From positions 128,001 to 192,000 of the forward strand of contig CBDHDG010000001.1 in the NCBI GenBank assembly GCA_965261595.1: a DNA stretch of 64,000 nucleotides, written 5' to 3'. The notes beneath the pieces were generated by a model. That model was not told where the DNA came from, searched no databases, and saw nothing but the letters and a program-made list of their open reading frames with translations. Made by a program: the position numbers and the translations under genes. Positions within the stretch are counted from its first letter, which is position 1. Each line of letters begins with the position of its first letter. Shown piece by piece: positions 1-9,056 of this stretch. The DNA comes from a bacterium. GTDB lineage: Bacteria > UBA8248 > JACPRG01 > G963555815.

Positions 1-4
1 GGGG

Positions 5-436
5 TTGAAACGCCAGGTCATCCGGTCGAAAGCGCCCCGTCCCCTCGCCAACTATTCCGAGGCCTTCCGGGTGGGAGACTTCGTCTTTGCCGCCGGACAG
101 ATCGCCAGCGACTACAAGACCGGCATCCCGCCCGAAGCCAGGGTAGACCCTGCCTTTCCCTACTACGGCTCCGACATCAAGCGCCAGACCGAGTACATCC
201 TCAACAACCTCTCCAAAACCTTCGAGGCGGCTGGAACCTCCCTCGACAATGTGATCAAGGCCCAGGTCTTCCTGGCCGAAGACGAGTTGGAGGCGCTTTA
301 CGTAATGGCAGCCGCCCGGGATGAGGTCTGGCAAAGCTTCTTCAAGACACCGCCCCCGCGCACGACAGTCGGGACGACAGGTCTTTTGGCGCCTCGGTGT
401 TTGATCGAGGTTGACCTGATTGGCCTTGTGGGGTGA
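5..436 (+). CDS. RidA/YjgF/UK114 family protein (frame open to the window edge; possibly the C-terminal domain of a larger protein)
   Basis: Motifs YSEAFRVGDFVFAAGQI, PPPRTTV (catalytic-type Arg present) and IEVD. Confidence 0.85.
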   Translation: MKRQVIRSKAPRPLANYSEAFRVGDFVFAAGQIASDYKTGIPPEARVDPAFPYYGSDIKRQTEYILNNLSKTFEAAGTSLDNVIKAQVFLAEDELEALYVMAAARDEVWQSFFKTPPPRTTVGTTGLLAPRCLIEVDLIGLVG

Positions 437-790
437 GAAGAGATTCCCTCTTCGGACCTATTCGCATTTCGCTGCCTTTAGCTTTTTCGAGAAGCTTTCT
501 CCCAGGAAGAGTACACCCTCTCTTTTTGCCCGAAAACTCTTTCTACACACAAAACGGTGCATCACCAACCCAAACAGATTCTTGACACACCCGTTCTAGA
601 AGATGGATAATCGTGATGAGGAAGCCCTCGGGAGGGGGCTGATTTCCCGTCATCATGTGAAGCGGTCCACCAATCAAGGAGAACCCGCGGAGGGTTCTGT
701 TGTGCGGCCCCCTTGCTACAGTTCGGGGCAAATCGGCAGGCTTTCGGTCTGCGCTCAACGCCCGGTAACCGGGTCGAAAGGGAGGGAGTG

Positions 791-2053
791 ATGGGAAAGG
801 CGAAAAAACAAATTACGAGAAGGACTTTTCTGAAAAAGTCCGGCATCGCGGCCGGGGCGATCGGGGCCTCCACCCTGATCCCGGGCTATCACGTCAACGC
901 GGCCGAGCCCATCCGAATCGGAATGACGGCGGACCTGACAGGTGTTCTGGCCGACTTCGGTTTCTGGCTCGACCGCTCCGCCAAGGCCGCCACGGCCAAG
1001 ATCAACAAAGCGGGTGGAATCGGCGGACGGGAGCTCGAGTTTATCGTCGAGGATACGGAGTCCAAGGCGCCCACCGGGGTGAGGAAGACCCGCAAGCTCA
1101 TCCAGCGGGACAAGGTGGACTTCGTCATCGGCTCCCACCACAGCGGAATCTGCCTGGCGTGCAACCCCATCTTCAAAGAGCTCAAGACCATCGGCTTCCC
1201 CAACGGGTCCTCCACGCTGATCACGGGTGCCAAGGGAAACTCCTATGTCTTCCGGATGAACGAGAGCGTCCTGCACGAGGTTTCCTCCGCGTCGGATTGG
1301 GCCATCACCCAGGGAAAGAGGTGGACCCTCCTGGGCCTCGACTACGCCTGGGGGCAGGACCAATGCAATCAGTGGGCGAAGCGGGTCGAAGCCCTCGGCG
1401 GAAAGGCCGTGGACATCATCATGGTGCCCCTGGGAACCGACAACATGGTCCCCTACCTCAGCCGAATCAAGGTGGCCCAGACGGACGTCATCTTCATGGC
1501 TTTCTTCTCGGCCAGCGCGATCGCCTTCGTCAAACAGGCGTCCAACATGGGGATCTTCAACAAGTTCAAATACGTGGGCACGTACGACAGCGTCGAAGGC
1601 CTGGACCCCTCGCCCTTCGAAGGCGCCTTCTACCACACCCCGTTCCCCCAGCGCTCCGCCGATGTCCCGGCGGCCATCAAGCCGTATGACAAGATGTTGC
1701 GCGCCACCATCGGCGTGGACGCGGAAGGAAAGGACAAAAAGCGGGGAACCCCTTCGGGCGTGGCGCATGACGCCCTCGGCTGGGAGAACATCCATCTCCT
1801 CAAGGACGCCGTCGAGGCCACCGGGTATAAGAACAGGCGGAAACACACCCGGGACGTGATCAAGTGGCTAGAGGGTCGCGAGACCAAGACCGGCTCGGGT
1901 TATCCCCAGGGCGGCAAGCTGATTCGGGCGGAGGACCACCAGGCCTTCGCGCCCATCTACATCCAGCAGGTCGTCAACGGAAACTGGAAAGTCCGGGCCA
2001 CCGTTCCCATGGAGAAGGGGTTCTATAAGGCCCAGGGGAATTGGAAAATCTAG
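791..2053 (+). CDS. Branched-chain amino acid type ABC transporter substrate-binding protein, Tat-exported
   Basis: Tat motif TRRTFLK; IRIGMTADLTG and INKAGGIGGRELEFIVED of the Leu/Ile/Val-binding family; GGAGGGAG RBS before ATG 791. Confidence 0.9.
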   Translation: MGKAKKQITRRTFLKKSGIAAGAIGASTLIPGYHVNAAEPIRIGMTADLTGVLADFGFWLDRSAKAATAKINKAGGIGGRELEFIVEDTESKAPTGVRKTRKLIQRDKVDFVIGSHHSGICLACNPIFKELKTIGFPNGSSTLITGAKGNSYVFRMNESVLHEVSSASDWAITQGKRWTLLGLDYAWGQDQCNQWAKRVEALGGKAVDIIMVPLGTDNMVPYLSRIKVAQTDVIFMAFFSASAIAFVKQASNMGIFNKFKYVGTYDSVEGLDPSPFEGAFYHTPFPQRSADVPAAIKPYDKMLRATIGVDAEGKDKKRGTPSGVAHDALGWENIHLLKDAVEATGYKNRRKHTRDVIKWLEGRETKTGSGYPQGGKLIRAEDHQAFAPIYIQQVVNGNWKVRATVPMEKGFYKAQGNWKI

Positions 2054-2087
2054 CCGCCCGACCCGCGACGTCGGGGTGAGAGACAAG

Positions 2088-2125
2088 AAAAACCGCGGAG
2101 GACTTTCGTTCTCCGCGGTTTTTTT
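2088..2125. terminator. Bidirectional intrinsic terminator
   Basis: AAAAACCGCGGAG-loop-CTCCGCGGTTTTTTT between convergent genes. Confidence 0.85.
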
Positions 2126-2261
2126 GTGGAAAGAATGACGCTTCCAGAACCCTCACAAAAGCCTTTGAAAACGAGCGGCGGCCGACCCCCGTGAGGGGAG
2201 AGGGGGGGACTCGCTTTGCCGGGTCGGTTCGGACGGCGGAGAGACGGGGGATCTTGCGCAA

Positions 2262-2957
2262 CTAATCGTCCAGGCCGATCAATCTTCCAATCGAGGCCTC
2301 GCTGGCTTCGGTGACGGTCTCCTCATGGATGATGCGGCCTTTTTCCATCACATAGACGCGGCCGCACATGGTGAGAATCATGGCCAAATCCTGTTCCACG
2401 AGCAGGATCCCCATGCCCCGCTCTCCGAAGGAACGCACGGTCCGCTCCACGGTTTCAACGGCCGAAGGCATCAGACCTTCCGTCGGCTCATCCAGGAGCA
2501 TGAGGCGCGGGTTCTTGACGAAGGCCCTCGCCATGGCAAGCATCTGGCGTTCGCCGCCGCTCAGGGTTCCCGCCATCTGGCTCATGCGTTCGTCGAGAAT
2601 CGGAAAGAGCTCGACAACGGATTTTCTCAATCGGCCGTCCAGCTCGCCGTTGGGGGAGGCGACGCGGAGGTTGTCTCGAACGGTGAATTCGGCGAAGACC
2701 GCCTGTTCCTGGGGGACCAGACTGAGCCCCAGCCGCGCCAGCTTGTGGGAGGGAACAGCGGAGAGATCCCGGCCGTCGAACTCGATCCTTCCCGAGCGAT
2801 TCTGGATCTGCCCCATGATCGTCCGCAGGAGGGTTGTCTTCCCGACGCCGTTGCGCCCGACGAGGCCGACCACCTCCCCTTCCCCGACGGCGACCGAGAC
2901 GTCGAAGAGGATGTGGCTCTTTCCGTAGAACGCATTCATCCCTTCCAGGCGCAGCAT
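2262..2957 (-). CDS. LivF-like ABC transporter ATP-binding protein
   Basis: GRNGVGKT, LSGGERQ, LLDEPTEG. Confidence 0.92.
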   Translation of the reverse strand: MLRLEGMNAFYGKSHILFDVSVAVGEGEVVGLVGRNGVGKTTLLRTIMGQIQNRSGRIEFDGRDLSAVPSHKLARLGLSLVPQEQAVFAEFTVRDNLRVASPNGELDGRLRKSVVELFPILDERMSQMAGTLSGGERQMLAMARAFVKNPRLMLLDEPTEGLMPSAVETVERTVRSFGERGMGILLVEQDLAMILTMCGRVYVMEKGRIIHEETVTEASEASIGRLIGLDD

Positions 2958-2958
2958 T

Positions 2959-3720
2959 TCACACCCCCCGCGTCAGGTAAACGCGGCGCACCTCGGCGTC
3001 TCCCCGGATCTGCTCGGGCGTGCCCTCGGCAAGCATCTTGCCCTGGTGGAGGACCGAGATCGTCTCGGCCAGGCTCATGACAACGCGCATATCGTGCTCG
3101 ACGATCAGAATGGTCCGCGAGGTGGAGAGCTCCCGAATCTTGTCCGTCATCGCATGGGTCTCGCGGGCGCTCAATCCCGCCGTCGGCTCATCGAGAAGAA
3201 GAAGTTCCGGATCGGACGCGAGGGCGATTCCGATGTCCACCAACTTCTGCTCACCGTGGGCGAGCTCCGTCACTTTGACCTCCGCCCGGTCCGCCATGCC
3301 CAGCGACTCGAGGACCTCCCGGGCGCGCTCCCAGGTCTCCCGCATGCCTTTCAGATTGCGGAACGGATGGGGTTTGCCCGCCTTCCCCTGGACGCCCGCC
3401 TGAATGTTCTCCAGGACCGTCAACTGGGGAAACAAACTCGTTATTTGGAACGTGCGGCCGATTCCCAGCCGGACGATCCGATCCGCGCCCAGGCCGGTGA
3501 TGGGTTTTCCCTTGAAGGAGGCCGTTCCGTCCGTCGTCGGCAGGAAGCCGCTGAGCAGGTTGAAGAGCGTGGTCTTTCCCGCTCCATTCGGCCCGATAAC
3601 GGCCCGCAGCTCGCCTTGCCGGACATCGAGGTCCACCCCGTTCACGGCGGTGAAAACCCCGAAGCGCTTGACGAGTCCTTCCACCTTCAGGAAACCGTCG
3701 CTGTGTTGTGAAGAATTCAC
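2959..3720 (-). CDS. LivG-like ABC transporter ATP-binding protein
   Basis: [24 protein letters not shown]-terminal VRRVYL. Confidence 0.92.
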   Translation of the reverse strand: MNSSQHSDGFLKVEGLVKRFGVFTAVNGVDLDVRQGELRAVIGPNGAGKTTLFNLLSGFLPTTDGTASFKGKPITGLGADRIVRLGIGRTFQITSLFPQLTVLENIQAGVQGKAGKPHPFRNLKGMRETWERAREVLESLGMADRAEVKVTELAHGEQKLVDIGIALASDPELLLLDEPTAGLSARETHAMTDKIRELSTSRTILIVEHDMRVVMSLAETISVLHQGKMLAEGTPEQIRGDAEVRRVYLTRGV

Positions 3721-3748
3721 GGAAGCCGGCTCCCCCTCCCCCTCCCCC

Positions 3749-4732
3749 TTACTCGGTCTTTTTCCGCATGTTCGCGACGATGCGCTTCGTCGTCCCGACC
3801 AATCCGGATGGCGTAAACGTCACGACGATGATGATGATCACCCCCAGGGCGATCTGATACGTATAAGCCCATTGGCTGCTCAGAGTTTCCTTCAGATAGA
3901 TCAAGATTCCCGTCCCGATGAGGGCGCCGTAAAGTGTCCCGGCCCCGCCGAACAGCGTCCAGACCACCGCCTCGGCGGAGTACAGCCAGTTGAAGAATTC
4001 CGCGCTGGCATAACTGACGTACACGGAATAGAGCACGCCCGACAGGCCGGCGATGACGCCCGCGATGGTGAAGGAAATCAGCTTATAGAGGCCGGTGTTG
4101 TATCCGACGCAACGGGCGCGGTCCTCGTTTTCCCGGATGAGCTCGAACACCCTGCCCAGCGGGGACCGCAGGATTCGGAAACAGACGAAATACGCGAGGG
4201 CCACGGAGCAGACGACGTAATAGTAGCGGGGGAGTTGTTCTGTGAGATCCAACGCCCATGGGCCGAGGGTCAGAAGCGGCCGCGTAAACACGAGGCCGTC
4301 ATCCCCGCCGGTGACGTCTTTCCAGGCATAGGCGATCAGCGTGATGATCGTCGCCCCGACGACGGTCACGATGATGAACCCGTGCCCCCGGACTTTGACG
4401 GCGAAGTACCCGAGGATTGCGGCAGCGATTGCCGAGAGCAAGAGCCCGACCAACATCGCCACCCACAACCCCGCGCCCCAATGGATGACGGCCAGGGTCA
4501 GGCCATACACGCCCAATCCGAAGAAAACGGATTGCCCCAGACTCAGGAGCCCCGTGTAGCCATAGATGAAATCGAAAGAGATCGCCAGCAACCCCCAGAT
4601 GAGGATGTCCATCGTGAAGGCCACGCCGAAATCATCCAGGACAGCGGGAAGGAGGAGGAAAACCAACAGGACGCCGAACAGCGTGTAGCCCGTCCGCCTG
4701 GAGGCCGCCCTTGGAAGCGGGGAGAACGCCAT
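3749..4732 (-). CDS. LivM-like branched-chain ABC permease
   Basis: GYTGLLSLGQ, TGGDDG, IRENE, GGAGTLYG; ATGA overlap with the upstream permease. Confidence 0.9.
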   Translation of the reverse strand: MAFSPLPRAASRRTGYTLFGVLLVFLLLPAVLDDFGVAFTMDILIWGLLAISFDFIYGYTGLLSLGQSVFFGLGVYGLTLAVIHWGAGLWVAMLVGLLLSAIAAAILGYFAVKVRGHGFIIVTVVGATIITLIAYAWKDVTGGDDGLVFTRPLLTLGPWALDLTEQLPRYYYVVCSVALAYFVCFRILRSPLGRVFELIRENEDRARCVGYNTGLYKLISFTIAGVIAGLSGVLYSVYVSYASAEFFNWLYSAEAVVWTLFGGAGTLYGALIGTGILIYLKETLSSQWAYTYQIALGVIIIIVVTFTPSGLVGTTKRIVANMRKKTE

Positions 4733-5601
4733 CACCTTCCCCTCCCGAAGAGTCCGTTGGGCCGAAAGAACAGAAATGATGTCACAAACAGGAGGGCGAT
4801 CACCTTGGCATAGGTCGGCTCGACGAAGATGGACATCACGTTCTCCACGAAACCGAGCATGAGTCCGGCCACCACGGCGCCGAACATATCCCCCAGCCCG
4901 CCGACGATGACTACAATGAAGGCGATGATCAGAACGTTCAAACCCATCGCTGGGAAGATGGCGATGAACGGCCCCGCCAGGACTCCCGACAACCCGGCCA
5001 ACAATCCCCCCAACCCGAACGCGAGGGTGTTGACCGACTTGACCGGAATTCCATCCGCGAGGGACAGACCCGTATTCATCCGAACGGCCCGGATCCAAAG
5101 CCCGTATTTCGTCTTCTGGAGAAAGGCCCAGAGCGCCCCCGTCACCACCATCGCCGAACCCATCACAAAGAGCCGGTAAGTGGAATAGCGATATTGGAGG
5201 ATGGGGATCGTCCCCCGGAAGGGGGGATCGAAGGTGACCCCCTGGCCCCCGATCCAACCCAGAACGACGTTCTCGATGATCAGCATGGCCCCGAAGGTCG
5301 ATAGGATGCTCATATTGGAGTTATTTCCAATCGGGCGCAAGACCACTGTCTCGAAAACCATCGATAAGGCGCAGACCATCAGCGGGGCCAGCATCAGGGC
5401 CAGCCAGTAGTTCCCTCCGGAGAGCTCCGCGGCGATGAACCAGCCGAAGACCGCCCCCAGCATATACAGCGCGCCGTGCGCCACGTTGACGATGTTGAGA
5501 AAGCCGAAGATAAGGCTGAGACCAAAGGCAATGAGGGCGTAGAGCCAACCGAAGACAATCCCGTCCAGGCCGTGCAGGATCAGGCGTGATAAAAGGTCCA
5601 T
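4732..5601 (-). CDS. LivH-like branched-chain ABC permease
   Basis: YALIAFGLSLIFG..VNVAHG, VIVGGLG, RPNGLFG. Confidence 0.9.
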   Translation of the reverse strand: MDLLSRLILHGLDGIVFGWLYALIAFGLSLIFGFLNIVNVAHGALYMLGAVFGWFIAAELSGGNYWLALMLAPLMVCALSMVFETVVLRPIGNNSNMSILSTFGAMLIIENVVLGWIGGQGVTFDPPFRGTIPILQYRYSTYRLFVMGSAMVVTGALWAFLQKTKYGLWIRAVRMNTGLSLADGIPVKSVNTLAFGLGGLLAGLSGVLAGPFIAIFPAMGLNVLIIAFIVVIVGGLGDMFGAVVAGLMLGFVENVMSIFVEPTYAKVIALLFVTSFLFFRPNGLFGRGR

Positions 5602-5903
5602 CGAGTCATCCCTCGGGTTGAGGCGACCGAATTTCCCGCGACAGACGCCGGGCCGTGAGACACACCGTCCCGCCGGGAAGGGTCGCGGCAAGCGGATGAC
5701 GGACTTATCTTTTGGGGGGCGTCCGAGGACAACATTTCGGACCGTTCGATAAGGAACCGACGCCGGCTCAGGCGTCCATACGTCCTAAATCCCTCCCCCC
5801 GACACGGCGACCAAACCCGGCAATCTTATCAAACTATCGCCCGGAAAGATATTTCGCCGAACGGGGGGCGCGCCCATGGGAGCGGAACCCCCGCCGGGGC
5901 GAA

Positions 5904-6698
5904 TCACATGGCCGCGCCGGACGCCCACGCCTCCTCATCTTCATCCCCTTCCATTTCGGAGAAGTCACGGGAGAGCTGGGCGTGAAGGGAGAGAAATTCG
6001 TCGTTGTGAAGATGTCTGGGACGCGGGAGATCGATCAGGACATCCTTGAAAATCTTGGCCGGTTTGCGGCTGAGGAAGAGGATGCGGTCCGAGAGGACGG
6101 CGGCTTCACTCAGGTCGTGCGTCACAAACAGGATCGTCACCCCTGACCTTCCCCAAATTCCAATCAGGTCCCTGCGCATGCGCTTCGCCGTGATCTCGTC
6201 CAGGTGGCTGAAGGGCTCATCCATCAGCAGGATGTCGGGCTCCAGGGAAAGGGCCCGGGCAATCCCGACCCGCTGCTGCATCCCGCCCGAAAGCTGGTGG
6301 GGAAACACGTTCATAAAATCCTTCAATCCGACCATTTCCAGGTAGAAGCGGGCCAGGCGTTCGGTTTCCGCCCGGGGGCGGCCATCGTCATGCACGAATC
6401 GGACGTTGTCGATGACCCTCATCCAGGGGAGCAGCCGCGCCGCCTGGAAGACGTAACCAAACTCGACTTTTTCTTTCCCCTCCGGATGAAACAGGATCTC
6501 TCCCCCGGTTGGGGCCTCGAGACCCGTCAGGATATTGAGAAACGTGGATTTCCCGCAGCCGCTCGGGCCGATCAGGGTCGTCAACGTGTTCTTCTCGACC
6601 GTGAGGTCGATGCCGTCGAGGACAAGAAGCGGACTGCCGTCGGGCTGCTCGAACGCTTTGACCAGAGCATTAATCTCGATGAGGGGTTTTTCTGTCAT
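5904..6698 (-). CDS. Nitrate/sulfonate/taurine-type ABC transporter ATP-binding protein
   Basis: GPSGCGKS, VFQAARLLPW, LSGGMQQR, LMDEPF. Confidence 0.9.
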   Translation of the reverse strand: MTEKPLIEINALVKAFEQPDGSPLLVLDGIDLTVEKNTLTTLIGPSGCGKSTFLNILTGLEAPTGGEILFHPEGKEKVEFGYVFQAARLLPWMRVIDNVRFVHDDGRPRAETERLARFYLEMVGLKDFMNVFPHQLSGGMQQRVGIARALSLEPDILLMDEPFSHLDEITAKRMRRDLIGIWGRSGVTILFVTHDLSEAAVLSDRILFLSRKPAKIFKDVLIDLPRPRHLHNDEFLSLHAQLSRDFSEMEGDEDEEAWASGAAM

Positions 6699-6704
6699 GG
6701 TCGA

Positions 6705-7568
6705 TCAGAGCTTCGCCTCCGGGCGCCAAGCGAGCACCGCCCGTTCGATGGGGCGGATCACCCCGTACTCAAGAATGAACATCAGGATGGTGAACACCAT
6801 CACCCACGCCAACACCTGTCTCATGTTGAACATGTGATACCAGTAGGAAATCATATACCCGATGCCGTTCTCGGCGCCGAAAACCTCCGCGATGATCACG
6901 ATCTTCCACGCGACGGCGAACCCGAACCGGACGGACGCGAAGAAAAACGGCATGAGGGAGGGGATGTAAATGCGGCGGATAATCTTTCCCCGCCGGACCC
7001 CGAAGGCCCGCGCCATGTCCACCAGCTCTTTATCCACATCCTTCATGCCTTCCCAGATGTTGATTGTGATGTACGGGAAGGTGATCATGAACGTGGCGAA
7101 GATGGGGGTCAGCGGCTGGATTCCGAACCACAGAACACCGATGATCGCCCAAGCCAGGCTGGGGATGGTCAGACCGATAACCACATAATCACTGAAAAAG
7201 GCCTCCCAATACTTCCGGACCCCCATGATGATCCCCATCGGAACCCCGATGATCAGGGAAATCCCGAATCCAATGACGATCCGCAGGAGACTGGACCCCA
7301 GGTGGACCAGGAATTGCCGAAAATCGTCGAACATGGTTTCGACGACCATCTCCCAGGCGACCACGTGCGGATAAGGCAGGGTCAGCGTTTCGGTCAAAAC
7401 CCAAGTTATCCAGGAGGACACGTACCACAGAGCGACAACCGAGAGGATGGCCATCACACGGGGATGGAGCAGCTTCTTCCAAAGCGAAAGTTTTTCCTTC
7501 TCCCCCTTTCTCATGGAGAGAAGCAACGCCGCCGAGTCTTCCATTTTTCCCGCGATTTCCTGCGTCAT
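6705..7568 (-). CDS. Nitrate/sulfonate-type ABC permease (SsuC/TauC-like)
   Basis: Hydrophobic helices, EAA-like loop DMARAFG, AWKIVIIAE..GIG. Confidence 0.88.
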   Translation of the reverse strand: MTQEIAGKMEDSAALLLSMRKGEKEKLSLWKKLLHPRVMAILSVVALWYVSSWITWVLTETLTLPYPHVVAWEMVVETMFDDFRQFLVHLGSSLLRIVIGFGISLIIGVPMGIIMGVRKYWEAFFSDYVVIGLTIPSLAWAIIGVLWFGIQPLTPIFATFMITFPYITINIWEGMKDVDKELVDMARAFGVRRGKIIRRIYIPSLMPFFFASVRFGFAVAWKIVIIAEVFGAENGIGYMISYWYHMFNMRQVLAWVMVFTILMFILEYGVIRPIERAVLAWRPEAKL

Positions 7569-7778
7569 CGAGGAAACCCCCTCCCTAAAATCTCGACGGA
7601 GCTCGAACGCCCAAACCCGGCCCCCCATCTCAAAAGAAGGGGACTCCCCCCTGTTTTAAACAGGGGATTCGATCCGGCGCGAATCGAAAAACCCTAACAG
7701 TTCGGCTAAAATGAGTCAATTGGAATTATGTCCGGTCCAGCGGATTCAGAACAAACCCCCTCTGAAAGGAGATCTTCC

Positions 7779-8171
7779 ATGCCGAAAAAGCGCGTCAAGA
7801 GTCCCCGCGTCCACGAGCCTCCGGCGAAAACCTTCTCCCAGGCCCTCCGGAAGGGGAATCACCTGTTCATCGCGGGCCAGACCGCGAAGGATCCCAAGGG
7901 AAAGGTCGTCGGCAAAGGGGACGCCATCCGTCAGGCCCGCCAGGTGTTCCGAAGGATTCAGGCCCTGGTCGAGGCGGCGGGCGGAACCCTGCGCGACGTC
8001 TTGAAACTGACCGTCTACATCACCGACATCCGTGACGCCGCCGGCGTCCGAGCCGTGCGAAAAGAGTTTTTCAAAGGGGATTTTCCGACTTCGACCCTTC
8101 TTTGCGTGGCGGCCCTGGCCGACCCCGATTATCTGGTCGAGATTGAAGCCGAGGCGATCTTGGACGATTGA
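7779..8171 (+). CDS. Rid family protein (lacks the catalytic Arg)
   Basis: FSQALRKGNHLFIAGQ, FPTSTLL, VEIEAEA; AGGAG RBS. Confidence 0.9.
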   Translation: MPKKRVKSPRVHEPPAKTFSQALRKGNHLFIAGQTAKDPKGKVVGKGDAIRQARQVFRRIQALVEAAGGTLRDVLKLTVYITDIRDAAGVRAVRKEFFKGDFPTSTLLCVAALADPDYLVEIEAEAILDD

Positions 8172-8374
8172 TTGCCGACGGGCCCCGCATAGTTGGCGGC
8201 CGTTTCGTTTCATCGGGAGGTTGATTGACATGAGAGAATGAGATTCCACATAACGCATTCGATTCGCTGTCCAATGCGGATCGGCTCAAGCCGGTCCCCG
8301 AGGCGCGCCAAGGTCGCGCCTTTTCGAAAACCCAAAGGCCGTTTCATCAGCCCGAACACTCAGGAGGGATCACC

Positions 8375-8770
8375 ATGGCCAAGAAAGTGCGAATCAAAAG
8401 CCCCAAGGTCGCCGAGCCTCCGCCCCATTCGTGGTCCCCGGCGCTGCGCGTAGGCGACCACGTTTACATCGCCGGACAGGTGGCCGTGAATTCAAAGGGG
8501 AAATCGGTCGGAAGGGCAGACGCCCTCGCCCAGGGGAGACAGGTCTTCAGGAACATCAAGGCCCTCGTCGAGCAGGCCGGCGGGTCGATGGAGGACTTGG
8601 TCAAGATCACCGTCTACCTCACGGATATCCGCCACTCGGAAGGGGTCCGTCAGGCACGGAACGAATTCATCAAAGGGGAGCCGCCGACATCGACCCTTCT
8701 GGTCGTCACGGCCTTGGCCTCGCCGGATTTCCTGGTCGAGATCGACGCCGTAGCCGTCCTGACGGATTAG
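8375..8770 (+). CDS. Rid family protein, tandem paralog (lacks the catalytic Arg)
   Basis: WSPALRVGDHVYIAGQ, PPTSTLL, VEIDAVA; GGAGG RBS. Confidence 0.9.
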   Translation: MAKKVRIKSPKVAEPPPHSWSPALRVGDHVYIAGQVAVNSKGKSVGRADALAQGRQVFRNIKALVEQAGGSMEDLVKITVYLTDIRHSEGVRQARNEFIKGEPPTSTLLVVTALASPDFLVEIDAVAVLTD

Positions 8771-8793
8771 CCGACGCGTCCGATAGCGGAACT

Positions 8794-9028
8794 GGGTCGG
8801 TGGACCCTTGGGGAGGTTGACCATCGACCCTTCCTTCCGGAGGCGGCGAAGATGGCCGCCCTACCGCTTTCGGAAGTGCGGCAGGCAGGTCCTTTGGCCG
8901 CGCCAAACAGACACACGCATGGGCATCTCCCCTCCAGGCGCGGGTAAGGCCAAGCCTAAGGCTTGGCCGCAAAAAGTTTTTCAGGGGGGGCCAGGGGGGG
9001 GCGGTTTTTCAAAAAAGCCCCCCCCTGG
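8794..9028. repeat. Cluster of REP-like palindromes and a G/C-rich hairpin between convergent genes
   Basis: GGGTCGGTGGACCC (8794), GTAG-type palindrome GGCGGCGAAGATGGCCGCCCTACC (8842-8865), CCAGGGGGGG..CCCCCCCTGG hairpin (8981-9028). Confidence 0.6.
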
Positions 9029-9056
9029 AGAAGCCGTGGACGGCGCCGTCTTTCCT

